Notes: a model not told the origin generated them from the sequence alone. Numbered from the stretch's first letter, positions 1 to 13,189 are shown. The stretch: DNA of 64,000 nt from Azolla caroliniana (GCA_043228905.1 JBHGNT010000009.1:7502001-7566000); one strand, 5' to 3'. Numbers and translations: made by a program.

Positions 1-285
1 ATCATCACTATGAAACAACAGTACGGTGTAAATCCTGATTTGAAGCATTATAGCAGCATGATTGACCTTCTTGGTAGGGCGGGGGACTTCAAGAGGTTAA
101 TTAGTTTATTAACTCATATACAGCTTTTTGGTTATGTGAAGGCAGATGCAACTTTGTGGTTGTGTGTATTGGGTGCATGCAGAATACATGGAAATCACGA
201 ACTAGGGAAATTGGCATTCAATAATGCGCTAAAACTGCAACCAAATGATCCAGCTGCCTATATTTTGATGTCTAATTTGGTGTAA
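1..285 (+). CDS. C-terminal part of a PLS/E-class pentatricopeptide repeat protein (5' part lies outside the window)
   Basis: ORF 10-285 has HYSSMIDLLGRAG (S2-type PPR motif), LWLCVLGACRIHGNHELG (E1) and LQPNDPAAYILMSNL (start of E2). No DYW domain before the stop. Confidence 0.9.
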   Translation: MITMKQQYGVNPDLKHYSSMIDLLGRAGDFKRLISLLTHIQLFGYVKADATLWLCVLGACRIHGNHELGKLAFNNALKLQPNDPAAYILMSNLV

Positions 286-1065
286 TGATAAGACATAAGG
301 AATGTATAGAAATGAAATGAGACAGAGAGAATGCAAGATTCTTTAGTTGGATGGATTTTCAATTCCACATTGGAGTATCCCAATATCCACTAGTAGGAGT
401 TCAATATCTTTATTAATTTAGGATTGTTCAATAAATTAATCACCAACAAAAGGTAGCCTCACCAACAAAAGGTAAATGACTGACCAATTATGGATTTTCT
501 ACGAGTAGATCTATCACACGCATGTAATTTTTGTACAAAATTCCTGTCAATTCGTCTATTTCTCATCATTTACAAATCATTCAATGCACAAAAATCCATT
601 TTCCCAGCACTGATTTGGAGCATTTTAGTTGATAGAACATATGAAAGGTTGCCTCCCATTAAATCCAAAATTTCAAATGTAATGTGTCCATATCATTGTT
701 TCGAAGTGCCTGATATGGAATAGTGTTACCACTCAACTTGCTGAAAATTATATAACACTAAAAATACAACTACTGTCTTGATTTGAAGAGATGTAATCAC
801 TTTTTATTTCAGGTGAATGGAAGAAAATTCCACACCACAATGTAGCAACATCAGCCTCAATTGCTGAAAAGAATAAATCCGGAACCTATGAATGGCTTTT
901 AAAAGAAGAAACTGTTACTACCCAAAACTCTTTTCATAGCACATCAGGGCTGACTTATGAAGAGTGTTAATGAGGGCCGCTTTCAATCAATTGAAAAGAA
1001 GGCCATACGTTAAAGAAAAAGTACATTCATTCTAATATCTTCGCAAGCTATTAGAGAAAAATCCT

Positions 1066-3726
1066 CTAGAGATCCAAACTCCAAGTCTTCTCAAATGAAA
1101 CCTTGGGGTTTATCTTTTCACCTGCTTTTATAGTGCATGCAACCTGTATCACGAAAACCTTAACATCATTAGAGGCAAGGAATTCCTTGAAAGTTTATGA
1201 GCTATATTGTGTATACAAATTAAGCATATAAACACAGACAGATATATATGTCTATTAAGTGCAACCATTTGTGTGTGTGTTTACACATACATTACATATG
1301 TATATAGTTATGCATATAATGTATAACATGTATATATCATATAAATATACATAGAATATGCAATATATAATCAATACGCATACGTATGCACAGACATATA
1401 TGATATGCATGCACACTTGCATACACACATAAGTAGTGATGAAAAAGGAGGTCTAAAGAACAGCAGCTCACCTTCAAAGAACCTGCTTGCTTGAAATTTT
1501 TTGTCCATTCCAGGCCTGTCACATTCTTAGAGGTCTCATAAGAAAGCTTGACTGTATTCCCTTCCCCCAGAGTTTGTGATGCAGTGTAATTCCAAGCCTC
1601 TGTGTTAAAATCATAGGCAGGCTCCAATGTGGTGCCAGAGCTGTTCACATATGTATACTTCACTGACCCTTTTCCAGATTGAAAGCTAAATTTTCCAGTC
1701 ACCTTATTCTCGGAATTAAAAGCCAATGTGCTTTCTAATACAGTGGCATTAGTCTTTTGAGGGTGAATATATGTCAGGTTTACCTGTTTACCAAAAACTT
1801 TGGCCGAGTTCATGAACTGAAACTTGGCAGCCTACACAAAAATAATTGAATAAATGACCTTGTGAGTTATGATAAAAGAAAAACTAGTTTTAGTGCTTTC
1901 ACACAACCATCTTTACAAAGTTACGCATTCATTACGATTTCTGATTGATTCCACAATACAACCATCTTTACAGCTTCTTTATTCAAGCGACCTAAAAATG
2001 TACAGGAAATGTATGTCCTATTGTTAAGTGGCAATGAATATATTGATTTTAGAACAAAGTCATAAATATTTACGTAGAGAGCTTTAACAATTTACTGTTA
2101 CAGAGAGGGTGTCCCTCTGCCAATCTTATTTCAGAAGACTGACACACTTAGACAAGTTATCAAATTTTAAAGCAGCAGAAGTTCAACATTCTTATATCCC
2201 TGGAAAGTACACTCGGTGATCAGCTTAGTATTTGCATATTAAAACTGGATAAGGTAACTTGATATACAATCAAAAGCAGCTTTATCATTCTGTTGCGGTA
2301 AGAATCTTACTACCTCAAATTCAACCACAGAAAACTTCAATCCTCCATTCTTCATTATTGAAAATATGTTATTTTTCTTCACTCTTGCTTGTACATTTGG
2401 TAGCATCACTGAAAATTACTCTCAATTGATCGATCCCAGATCAAAATTCATGATATTCTAGGTCATTGGATCATGGCTGGTCAAACCAGTAATTTCTTGG
2501 GTATGCTAAACACTTGGATGGCTCGGATGGATCCAACTATTACATATGATCTTACATGGTGATGTATATCATAGACACCCTGATTCACAACCTTCATCTC
2601 CCATGGGCTAAATCAATGTGAATGATTTCTTCATCTCTTCATCTAAAGCCACTCCATAACATCTTTTAGTGGAAACTGGGACGTGTTGGGAATATTCATA
2701 AGCTCAAAATCTCTTATGAAGATATAAAATCCATTAATAATACCTTCAATAGCGAGTAGCCTTGTTGAAGTATCTACCCCCAGTCTCTATTTCCTCAAGA
2801 AAGAACTAAAGAAGGGCAGCATGTTTCATACAACTATCGAAGGGCAGCATGTGGCTTGGTGGTTCGGCTCAGTAAATGTCTGTTTAGATGTTAACATAGT
2901 ACCTGAACAACGCCTTGCAAATTTCTGAATGGAGATAGCACTCACAAGTAAATATCTGAAATCTTTTATTCATAGCATGGAAACTATACTTCAAATAAAA
3001 AATCATATATATAAAATATATGCTTGAAGAATATAACTTCACATAAAGGCCAATGCTCACCAAGATAAGAATCCAACTCTCTCAAAACAATTTTAGAATT
3101 ATCCAGAGATTTGGGAAACAAGCAAACCAAATTCCTATTTTGAAGGAAGTTCGAATTTACTTGATTAAATAAAGAAAAGAAAAGGCAACAGTTGGCCTTA
3201 AAAGCATCACTTGAAGCAAATCAAATAACAAACCATTCTGGATAATAAAGACTGGGACATTAGAATAAGATTCTGAGACCCACATAAAGCACAGATCCTC
3301 GCCGTGAGTAGCGTTATACAGTAAAGAGATGACCTTCAAATAGGATTCCTGACATAATCAATGTGTTCACAAGAAGAGTGCTCACCCATCATAAAACTCT
3401 AACAATCCTGTCAAATTCCTCTCTCTCTCTCGTTTAATTCCTTTCCTTCACTCGCACTTCCTAGATTTCCTTGCTTTCCTGACACACACATTCCTTCATT
3501 GATGATGGGATGCATTGAGCTTTACCTCTTTGGTAAGATCATAGTCGACGATAAACATGCCGGGTTTCTCCACGCCGACAGAGACCCCAGCCAAGCCATA
3601 ACCATCTTTGAGGGTACGATCGGAGCAAGAAGCCTTGATCTTCAAATCTCCCACTCCTAGAGCGAGAGTGGCAGAGGCAGACTGAGCAGACGGGTCATAT
3701 TTAGTTCTAAGGGAGGCCTTCGTCAT
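1066..3726 (-). CDS. OEP24: Chloroplast outer envelope pore protein 24, three exons (3726-3526, 1831-1472, 1143-1066), 212 aa
   Basis: Exon 1 MTKASLRTKYD...GVEKPGMFIVDYD, exon 2 AAKFQFMNSAKV...LTYIH...LEPAYDFNTEAWNY...GLEW, exon 3 VACTIK...PKVSFEKTWSLDL*. Both introns are GT-AG and phase 0 (GAG|GTAAAG, TGTAG|GCT, AAG|GTGAGC, ATACAG|GTT). Motifs and length match the OEP24 family. Confidence 0.9.
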
Positions 3727-3811
3727 GATGAATGGGAAGAACAGGAAGAACAGGGGAGATACAAAATAAAGAGGAAGAGGAAGGGCGAAAGACGAAAGGA
3801 AGAGTAGGAGC

Positions 3812-3846
<35 letters not shown>

Positions 3847-3889
3847 GCTGTGGAGGCTCCCGGGATAGAGAACTCCCCTCCCTCCTTGG

Positions 3890-3939
3890 TATGGATTATG
3901 GCTTTGTGGCTTATGGATTATGGATTATGGCTTTGTGGC

Positions 3940-3988
<49 letters not shown>

Positions 3989-4462
3989 ATGTGGAATGTG
4001 GATTATGGATTATGGTTTGTATATTATGGATTATGTATGGATTATGGATTATGGAATGTACCACACAAATTAAGGATTATGGATTATCGTTTGTATATTA
4101 TGGATTATGGATTATGGATTATGGAATGTGGAATATGGAATGTGGATTATGGATTATGGTTTGTATATTATGGATTATGGATTATGTATGGATTATGGAT
4201 TATGGAATGTACCACACAAATTAAGGATTATGGATTATCGTTTGTATATTATGGATTATGGATTACGGATTGTTGGTAACACTAACCTCAACATCGTCCC
4301 TTTGTACCATACGAATTAAGGAATTATGGACTATGGTTTGTATATTATGGATTATGGATTACGGATTGTTGGTTACACTAACCTCAACATCGTCCCTTTG
4401 TACCACATGAATCAAGGATTATGGCTTGTGGCTTGTGGCTTGTGGATTATGGATTATGGATT
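3890..4462. repeat. (GGATTAT)n heptamer satellite with ~151-bp and ~96-bp higher-order units
   Basis: Dozens of TATGGAT units with GGCTTTGT and GGAATGT variants. The spacer CCACACAAATTAAGG recurs at 4061 and 4212, and CTAACCTCAACATCGTCCC recurs near 4282 and 4378. Confidence 0.95.
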
Positions 4463-7074
4463 GTTGGCAATGTTAACCCTGACATCGTCCATTCGTACCA
4501 CATTATTATTGTCCCATCATGGTCCCTGAGAATTCGGACCTATTGCTTGCATTTTTCTTTTATCCAACCTCGATGGATTAGATTCCCGAGATCTTCACAT
4601 CACGTGATTCGTTTGAGGACGCACAACGATGTGGCATTTCATCCCATTGGCCACTCAAATCAAGTTCCCAAATAAAGCTATATTGCTGATGTTGCAATGG
4701 TTTGTTGTTCACGAACCACGGTCATGTGGCTTCTCCAACTTTATCCATGTGGTATAGTATCATTGGTTTGGTCCAAACCAATGACGAACCTCAACCTTTT
4801 TTAATCCATGCTAACGTATGACCAAATTATTGGTTGTTAATTTTGGCCTTTTCATCAATGTTGATGTGGCATAACATCATTGGTCCCAATATTGTTATGG
4901 GGTGAACAATTTTCATCTATATTGTTGTGGCATAAAACAATTGGTTGTGAAATTTTGGGGACACATAGCTTTTCTGTAAAACTATTGGGCACAAAATATG
5001 TAGGTGGAGGTGACAATTTGAATTGACAAACAACTTTATCATCCATGCGAAGAAGTATGGTTGGTTGGTTGCAAAAGATGCGTGGAGAGTTTGGCAATGT
5101 TTATTTATGCTAACAAGCAAGAAAGTATTCCTCATAGAATTGAACAAAAGCAATCCCAATCTACACTACGCACTAGGAGCTTTCTCCTCACCATATTTAG
5201 ATGTCCACTCTATGTCAACTACTTATTATGTTGTTTTGTATTTTTAGTTAAAACCATATTGGAGTTTCTACCCTTTATCTTGCATCATGTAGTTAATACA
5301 GTTAATATTGTGGATATGTCTACAAACTAAATCATTTAAATTCCTAAACAAAGCCACAAAAAAGTTGCAATGATTATCTACACAATGTGTGATTTGTTTG
5401 GATAGATTGGTTTTGAGTCTATTGGATGGTGTTCAAGTTGTAAGCTGCAAAAGTGTATGAAAGTACAATGTAAAAGTGTGAAGCTATATGTATTAGAATT
5501 TTTATTGTCCATAAAGAGGCCAATTTTGACCTATGGGACCAGAGTATACATGTGTTCTTGATATGTGTCTACTTCCTAAGAAGGAGTATTCATACATTGA
5601 AGCACAAAGTCTCTATGTGTGAATAAAGCATACACATATGAGCTCAACCTTCTCGGTGGTGTCTTAAGTACGGCACTTAAGTTATCACTCCCTCTTAGTA
5701 TGTAATCATTTCTTGAACGAATTACACTATATGTCAAGTATGTGTTTGGGAGAGAGGTTGAGTTATTGATTGGTAATATTAACAATACATGTCACCAAAA
5801 TGTATCATCCCCAAGGTCAAGAATTTGTCTTACTCTAAAGCATGATAGTTTTTCTGAATCCTACTTATTGTCATCTATTATTTTATGTTTAGTTGCCTTC
5901 CATTATACACATATTATTCATGCAAAGCACTTAACTATCTCCATCAAAGTATAAGTGGGAAACCTTTCATGGATTTAAAGGCCATTTTGTTGAGATTCTC
6001 ATATTAATTATACTCTTTTTGTTCTTGGAAGTTAGTGGAGAGGAAATAACAAGGAAACTAAAGATAAACATCATAAGTTGTAAGAGAATATTAGATTGAT
6101 ATTGCTAACGTATTATTTATATCCTAGGATGAAAAAACATTTTCAGCATTTTTAAGGTCAAAAAGTAATGTGACAATTTAGGACCCCTTGTCCATCTTCA
6201 CTCGATATTTGAGACTGGTTGTTGAAAACATTAATGTAAGGCTTGTTGTTTAGTTTGTGATTCAAATTTATCTCCCGTTTTTTATGCGGATCACCAAAAC
6301 CTATTTGAAAGCTTCATTCACCATGCCAAATGTTTATATTTGGCATGCATTGAAGTGAGCTAAGATAAGAGGCAATTTTCTAAAATAATTCGGCGAGTTA
6401 TTTGTACATTATAATTTCACCAAGTTGTGTTCCGTTTCTAGGCTTGATTTGCTTTCAAACTTATATCTCGATTAATATATATCTTATCCCATGATTTTTA
6501 AAAATAAAATTCTACAAACATCCCAAACATTTGCTACTTTATATTGGAGTGGAAACTTACATGTAGATACCCCTCCCTTGTAATAAATTAGGCCATTTAT
6601 CTCTTATATCCGACAAAATTTTCATCTCATGAATATAAACATTATTACTAATTCATTATCACCAAATCAATTTGAAAAATAGGCCCTATACTTTGTTTGC
6701 CTTGTATTACACATATTTTTCTTCTTGATGTGTTAAAGTTATATGCACCATTGCAAGATGTGATTGTTTTGAATAATCATACTACCATTTTGTGTGTAAA
6801 TAAATGCTGAAAATTCCTTACCATTTCCACAATGAGGGCAATAAATTTTCAGCATTTAAGATAAGAGTATTTGATTAAGAATCGGCTTCCCTTCAACAAA
6901 ACCCCTTTAATGCCACAAAGGCACTGAATGTCAAACATTGCTTTATCACGTACAACATGCTTGGGAATTTTCTGTCCTTCAACACCTGCTATAGCTGTTG
7001 CATTTGTAGACAACAAACCTTCCATGATACACATGCCACTTGGAATTCCTTCATCTCCACAACCATAATAACAA

Positions 7075-7392
7075 TTGTGAAATCTTTACAAACTGGTAGT
7101 ATATCCTTAATTGATATCAATTTCTGTTCCGACACAGGAATTCATGCATTGTCATAATCAAGAATATACTTGTATTAGACTTCCCTACCAACAATAGTCC
7201 ACTTTATCATAAGAGGAGAATAATCCTTCAGCCATAATAACAAGAGGAGAATTGAATTGTGAAATCTTTTGTAAAACTGGCAGTATATCCTTAATTGATG
7301 TCAATTTCTAGTCCAGCACAAGAATTCGGGCATTGTCATCAACGAGAATATACTTGTATGAGACCTCCATACCATCAATAGTTTGCTTTATC
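7075..7392. repeat. Diverged direct duplication of ~135 bp
   Basis: AATTGTGAAATCTTT..AACTGG.AGTATATCCTTAATTGAT.TCAATTTCT...AGAATATACTTGTAT is present near 7075 and near 7256. Confidence 0.8.
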
Positions 7393-7419
7393 AAAACCTT
7401 CATGTTCTCACATCAGCCA

Positions 7420-8310
7420 TGTCGACGGTTATCACCACAATCATGTACCTATAACAACAAAATGATATAGTATCCTCATCACCTCAAGAAATATATCCTT
7501 CGACCCCCACACCATCTTCACTCATCCTTATCACACAAAAAAAATTACTTCATACAGTCCGCATCAACCATCTCGCCAATTACCACCAAGTTCCAGTACA
7601 AATAACAACAAAATGAATCTAGATTGTTTCCTCATCCCCTCATGATCTGCTTTGGCCCCTACACCATCATCACTCATCCTCTCGTCATGTCAATGTGCTT
7701 CAATCCATACTGCCACACCACCATCACTCGTCCTATTGAGAAACATAACTCTTCTTCATTCAGTCCACATCAACAACTCAATCTTGCCGACCATCTTGCC
7801 ATCTTGCCGATTTCCACCAACATCCTGTACTGACAACAAAAATTGAGTCTAAAAAGTTTCCTCACCTACTCATGATAATCTACTTCGACCCCCACACCAT
7901 CTTCACTCATCCTTATCACACAAAATTTTTTGCTTCATTCAGTCCACATCAACCATCTCGCTGATTACCACCAAGTTCCTGTACAAATAACAACAAAATG
8001 AGTCTAGAATGTTTCCTCATCCTCTTAAGATCTTCTTCGGCCCCCACACCATCATCACTCATCCTCTCATCATGGCAATATGCTTCAATCCCTACCGTCA
8101 TCATTTGACATCCTAATGAGAAACCTAAAATCGTCTTCATTCAGTCTACATCAACATCTTGCTGACCATCTTGCCATCTCGCCGATTACCACCAACATCC
8201 TGTACGGACAACAAAAAATGAGTCCAAAAAGTTTCTCACCTTCTCATGACAATCTGCTTCATCCCCCACAACAACATCCTGACAAAAACAACATCACTCA
8301 TCTATATTAA
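7420..8310. repeat. Degenerate C/A-rich tandem array (units of ~150-210 bp with a ~390-bp higher-order period)
   Basis: Recurring blocks TACCACCAA..TCCTGTAC...AACAACAAAATGAGTCTA, CCCCCACACCATC.TCACTCATCCT and CTTCATTCAGTCCACATCAAC. Confidence 0.8.
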
Positions 8311-8399
8311 CTCATGTTGTTTGCACTAAGAATGGTGCCTTCATATGTTACTATGCCTCTTGGAGACAAATGAAAATTAGAAATTGTTAAAGGAGTCAA

Positions 8400-11300
8400 A
8401 TTTGCTATAAATGTGCCAACTTACAAGTAGCAAAGTATGAACTTTTCTTCTTCTTTGAGATGGGCAAAACTATATGGTACCTAGTTATGGAATACACAAG
8501 AGTTGTATGTATGTGACAATAACACAATGATGGGTGTTGAACAATAAAATCTATGTGCATGATACAATGAATCTTGATTATTGCTCAAGAGACAGACCAA
8601 TCATAAGGTTATGTGGTCCCTTTGATCTTTATAAGAAACGACTATCTTAGCCTATCTCCCAAAATTAGGTAGGTGGAGAAACGAAAACAATGAGCCTATG
8701 ATAAGAAAGAGATCTCATAATGTTATGTAGAAAACAAATCTTAAACAATCAACCTATGTTGCAAACAAGAGATTATGTGCTAAACTATAATGTGAGAGTA
8801 TTGTCATTGTATATGATGTTTGATTCTCCCAACTTCACTTAAGTCGATCACTTGCTCCATTCAGACTCAATAGAATATTTATGATTGTCGAGAATCAAGC
8901 TAGACTCATGTGAATATGTGTTTATTGAGAAAACCATAGTGTGTGAAAAAGTATGTGAGCACAATTTATTGTAATATATGTGAACTAACTCATCACATGA
9001 AGATCTAGATTGTGGCATCTCATTAGTTCTCAAGTGTAAATAGGGCCAATGAATATTAGATATTCTTATGACAAAATCATACTTGAGTGGATATCTATGA
9101 GTAGACTCCATCAACCACATTTGATATGGTAGTCCCTTGAGGACTTGTATAAAATGCCCACTTGACCCCTTGAGTTTTCTTGATGGTTTTTAGTCTATCA
9201 ATATTTGGCAAAGGCATATGTTTGTGACGGACTATGCCCTCAGGATAAAAGACTTGTGCAATTCACTTGTTTCCATCAATGTTGCAGTCGATGATGATGA
9301 CATGGAGCAAATTTGCCTCATTGATCTCACACACAAATATGACACATAAAGGCCACTATAACAACAAGGGAGAACCGACCAAGATTTTTTTATTTGCAAT
9401 CCATGTTGATGGTCGAGGAGAACCATATGTAGTTGAAAAGCTCGACATTTGGTGGATATATATTGTTTACACATGATGATTATGTCACGGTCATGACCAT
9501 GGAAATCATGAGAGGAAGAGGCGGATGAGTTCCACAACAATTTAATTCTCAGTAGCAAGGTGGAAACAATTGAGGGAATTCGGGAATAAGGGGTAGCTTC
9601 TACTAGCCCATGTCAACCCAACGAAACCAACAAAATAAGTATTTGTATTGTGGAAGGCTCGTCCAGTTCAAAGTAGAGTGATGAGAGAAGAAAAATGACT
9701 CCACGACCTCACCTTGATAGCAAACAAACTATGTTATGACAAAGGGCCAATGTTTGTCATGTGACACTAGAAGAATGACATGAAAATGAGCACTTCCCAA
9801 CTTGATGATGTCTTGTTTGTGGACTCAAGAGTCTTAAATCACATGACTAGCCATTAAGAATTGTTGATGAATCTTAGGGAACCCAAGACACCTTGCATGG
9901 TGGAGATTGGTGATGACTCCACACATGGTCGAGCACATTAGAGATGTGGCCTTTGTCAATCCAAACAACATGTGCTACATCAAGGAAGTACCACATGTCC
10001 CTACAAACATAAAGAACTTGGTCTCGGTTGGCCAAATTGTTGAGCAAGGAATGCAAGTACTAGTCAACTAGGAAGTTTGCTTCATCAAGGATAATTGCAA
10101 GCTTATCGGTCACATGTTTATCCTCTACAGAACTGATGTAAACACCATGTTGTTTGAAAAGGGACTGAATGCCAAGTTCGATATTGGGTTATATCACAAG
10201 AGAGTTGGCCACGTTAAACCTAAGTAAACTCTGATCAATGGGGTTGAAAAGAAGATTGCACAACTTCTCTTGGTTTACTTCAAAAATCTTGACAATGTAT
10301 ATGCGGCATGTTAGGTAGGCAAGCAACACAAGCATCCATTCCCAAGAGAGAAATATATAAGTAAAGTCATTGATGTCATCCACTCAGATGTATGGGGATC
10401 AACTCAGAACAAGACATTTGGTGGGTGTAGGTCTTCATTACCTTCATTGAGGATTATTTGTAGCATGCCTAGATATGCCCGATGAAGACAAGAAGTGAGA
10501 TCTTCTCTCACTTCCTCAAGTTAAAGAGCCACGTGGAAAATGAGACGAATTGTAAGATTTGATGCTTATAGTTCAATGATGACAGAGAATACTTCTTAAT
10601 TGAGTCCACTGCTTACATAGAAGGGAAGGGGATTCGCCATGAATTGTCTTGCCAATATAGTTGAGATGGGATCGTAGATCTGTGAGAAAGATATGTTGAA
10701 ATGTACAAGTAGAACGAGGAAAAACAAAAAATACACAAAAATACAGTACTCAATATACACACGTTTTAATGTGGAAACCCTAAAACAGGGAAAAACCATG
10801 GGAGAACAGATCTTCACTTTATTAGTGGGTATACAAAGAGAAGGAAAACAGGTTACAACCTCTTCACAACAGAATATTCCCCTTAGGGTTCAAACAACAA
10901 GTACCCCTCTGACTGTGTTTGCACGCGAGCTCTCTCTCTCTCTCTCTCACGCATCACTCCACTTCTACATCATAATGTTTACCCTAGGTGTATTTATACT
11001 TATACACTGTATGGGATATTTACAAATGTAGTCCCTACTACTACTATTATTGTTATTATGATAGTTATAACTGTATCCGTTAATCAACCGACTAGTTGAC
11101 TCCTATGTCGACTATCTAGTTGGCTCGACTAGTTGGTCTTGTCTTCGACTTGGTTCATCTATAGTCGACTCTCCTTGTCTTCGACTGTTGACTCTTACTC
11201 AACCGAACAGTCCGCTCCTCCCACAGGAGGGACATATTCCTAACAAATACACACCACAATAAAACAGTGCTGCCAAGGGGAAGAATAACAAGATTCTTCA

Positions 11301-11742
11301 TATCATTCGTGCCATGCTATTGGAGAAGAATATTGCCAAAGATTTATTGGGCATTGGTAAAAATCGCTACCATGTATCTAATCAATCAATGCACAACCAC
11401 ATGTGAGGATTTTCAACAACATTGCATACATGCGCATAACTAATGAGAAGTAGAGAAATCTATTAATATCCAAAGTCAAAGAAGATGATCATTTTTGAAT
11501 AGTCAGTCGAGCAAAATGAGTATAAGTGTTTAAACCCCACCACTTGGTAGTCATGAATAAGCTGAGATGTGGTATTTGATGAAGTGGCATCATGGTATGG
11601 CCAGAAAATAGTGACCCCCCACCGTGCCTGAGACAAGCATATCTGATGCAAATTCCTAAAGTGAAGAAGTGATGGCCAGATAGATGCCTTGAGTCGATTG
11701 ATGTGTGATTGGTTAACTTGTGCAAATTTTGAATATGGATCT
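8400..11742 (+). mobile_element. Heavily decayed Ty1/copia internal region, interrupted by a solo LTR
   Basis: Protease-like FVDSxxxNHMT (~9815), GAG-pre-integrase HKRVGHVNL (~10195), integrase IHSDVWG (~10378) and SCQYTPQxN (split at 10657/11246). Many stops and frameshifts. Confidence 0.75.
10658..11245 (-). mobile_element. Solo LTR (588 bp) of a copia family
   Basis: On the - strand it begins TGTTAGG and ends CAACTA, flanked by AATA/AATA. Removing it restores the host integrase TGC CAA TAC ACA CCA. Homologous to the LTR at 55873-56633 (shared TGTCCCTCCT, TAGGGTTTCCAC.T.AAA.C and CGATCCC.TC). Confidence 0.85.
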
Positions 11743-12242
11743 TGTTAAAGGGAATGAGCAAACATATAACACGTAGAATAGGATGGGTGCACTATTTGAT
11801 CTCAACAAAGTGTATAACACAGAGAAAGAGAGAGACAGATATATAATTAGAGCTCAAAAGAGAGACAATATATTTCAAATCCTCCCAATTTACATTACAA
11901 GACTTAGTGCCCCATATTTATACATAAGGCAACTAAGCCCTAACTCCCTTAGGGAGTGTTCACATAAGAAGATACAACATGGGTAGATTGGGACTTTTAT
12001 CCCAACAAACTCCCCCGTAAAATGACTAGTCTAATTTTTACAACAATATAGGGGTGATCTCCCCCATAAGAAGAATTTACAAGCTAAGAAGACTAATTCT
12101 TGAATCAGGAGAGGTTGAGTTAGGTCGGGTTTGTACTTCGGTCCTTTGGTCTTGAACTTTCAACCCTTCGGCTTGGTCGACTCATCAGCTCTCTAGCTTG
12201 ATCAACTGAGTTAGATTTCGGCTCTTTTGGGTTCTATGGGTC
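11743..12242 (-). mobile_element. 3' LTR (11743-12007) with PPT and short internal remnant
   Basis: TGTT...AACA ends. ACTCCCCC immediately beyond 12007 reads GGGGGAGT (PPT) on the - strand. Confidence 0.7.
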
Positions 12243-13060
12243 TGTTGAGAGACAAGCTCAACATTGGACGAATCAGCTAAGGAAGCCGAGAGCCGAATCG
12301 GATGGAGACTGATCGGCTAGGCCCAAATCGGCTGAATAATCCGAAAGCCGAATTGACTAGCCATTAGGAACCTATATTCCTATTTTAGTAAATAGGAATA
12401 TTGTAGGCAGAGTTAGTGTCAGGGTCATTTATGAGCATTAAAGTATTGATAGTACTTGTGTCAGTCTACTCGTCACACCTTGTATATAAAGTGCACTCTA
12501 AGCACTCTTGTATGTACAGAGAAAATTTTGTAATAGAACATTGTTGTTGTCTGCTCTCTCTTTCTCTCTCTCACTGTGTATCCATTCTCTATGTTTACCG
12601 AACTGTCAAATTTCCGAATAACCAACTGTGTACTCTGTGTCTTATGCTTACACTTTTGCTTCCACACACGCATCTATTTCAGAATTTGAGGGTTGAGAAT
12701 CCTCTATAGCTGACCGAAAAGCAAAGCGAACAAGACAGAGACAAGTTTCTTCGTTTTTCGGAAAAGAAAAGACAGTAACATGGACAGAGTTATGGGAAGC
12801 TCGCTTTTGATAGAAAAGCTCGACAAGAGCAACTATGCATCTTGGGCATACAAGATGCACCAGTATCTACTCGGCCATGGATATTGGAGTTACGTGGAAG
12901 GAGCAAATGATGTAGCACCGGATGCGACACATAGGAACTTTCCCGCCTGGGAAGAAGCGGCAAGCATAGTAATGCACTGCTTCCGTCCAGAGTCAGAGAC
13001 TAGCTAATGAGCTACAACCAAGGCACCAAGATGCCAAAGGATGCGTGGGCGAACCTCAAA
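12243..13060 (+). mobile_element. Copia 5' LTR (12243 to ~12690) plus gag N-terminus, truncated by a nested insertion
   Basis: TGTTGAGAGACAAGCTCAAC start, TATATAAA at ~12484, and ORF 12780-13007 EKLDKSNYASWAYKMHQYLLGHGYWSYVEG (copia gag N-terminus). Confidence 0.8.
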
Positions 13061-13108
13061 TGGGTTTTTGTAAACGTAAGTGTTTGCGGAAGCGTAAAAC
13101 AGAGAACA

Positions 13109-13189
<81 letters not shown>

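Noticed and set aside
1337-1471. C-terminal part of ORF 1337-1813
   Set aside because: It is read-through into intron 2 of OEP24; the real frame splices at 1472 to exon 3.
2420-2970. Possible LINE remnant in OEP24 intron 1
   Set aside because: Only a vague coding-like composition; no diagnostic motif that I can support.
3890-4462. Telomere array or CRISPR-like array
   Set aside because: The unit is not TTTAGGG, the spacers are repeated rather than unique, and the context is eukaryotic with no cas genes.
3732-4675. Overlapping MDYGLWI-repeat ORFs
   Set aside because: They are an automatic product of a stop-free heptamer repeat; there is no evidence of a real protein.
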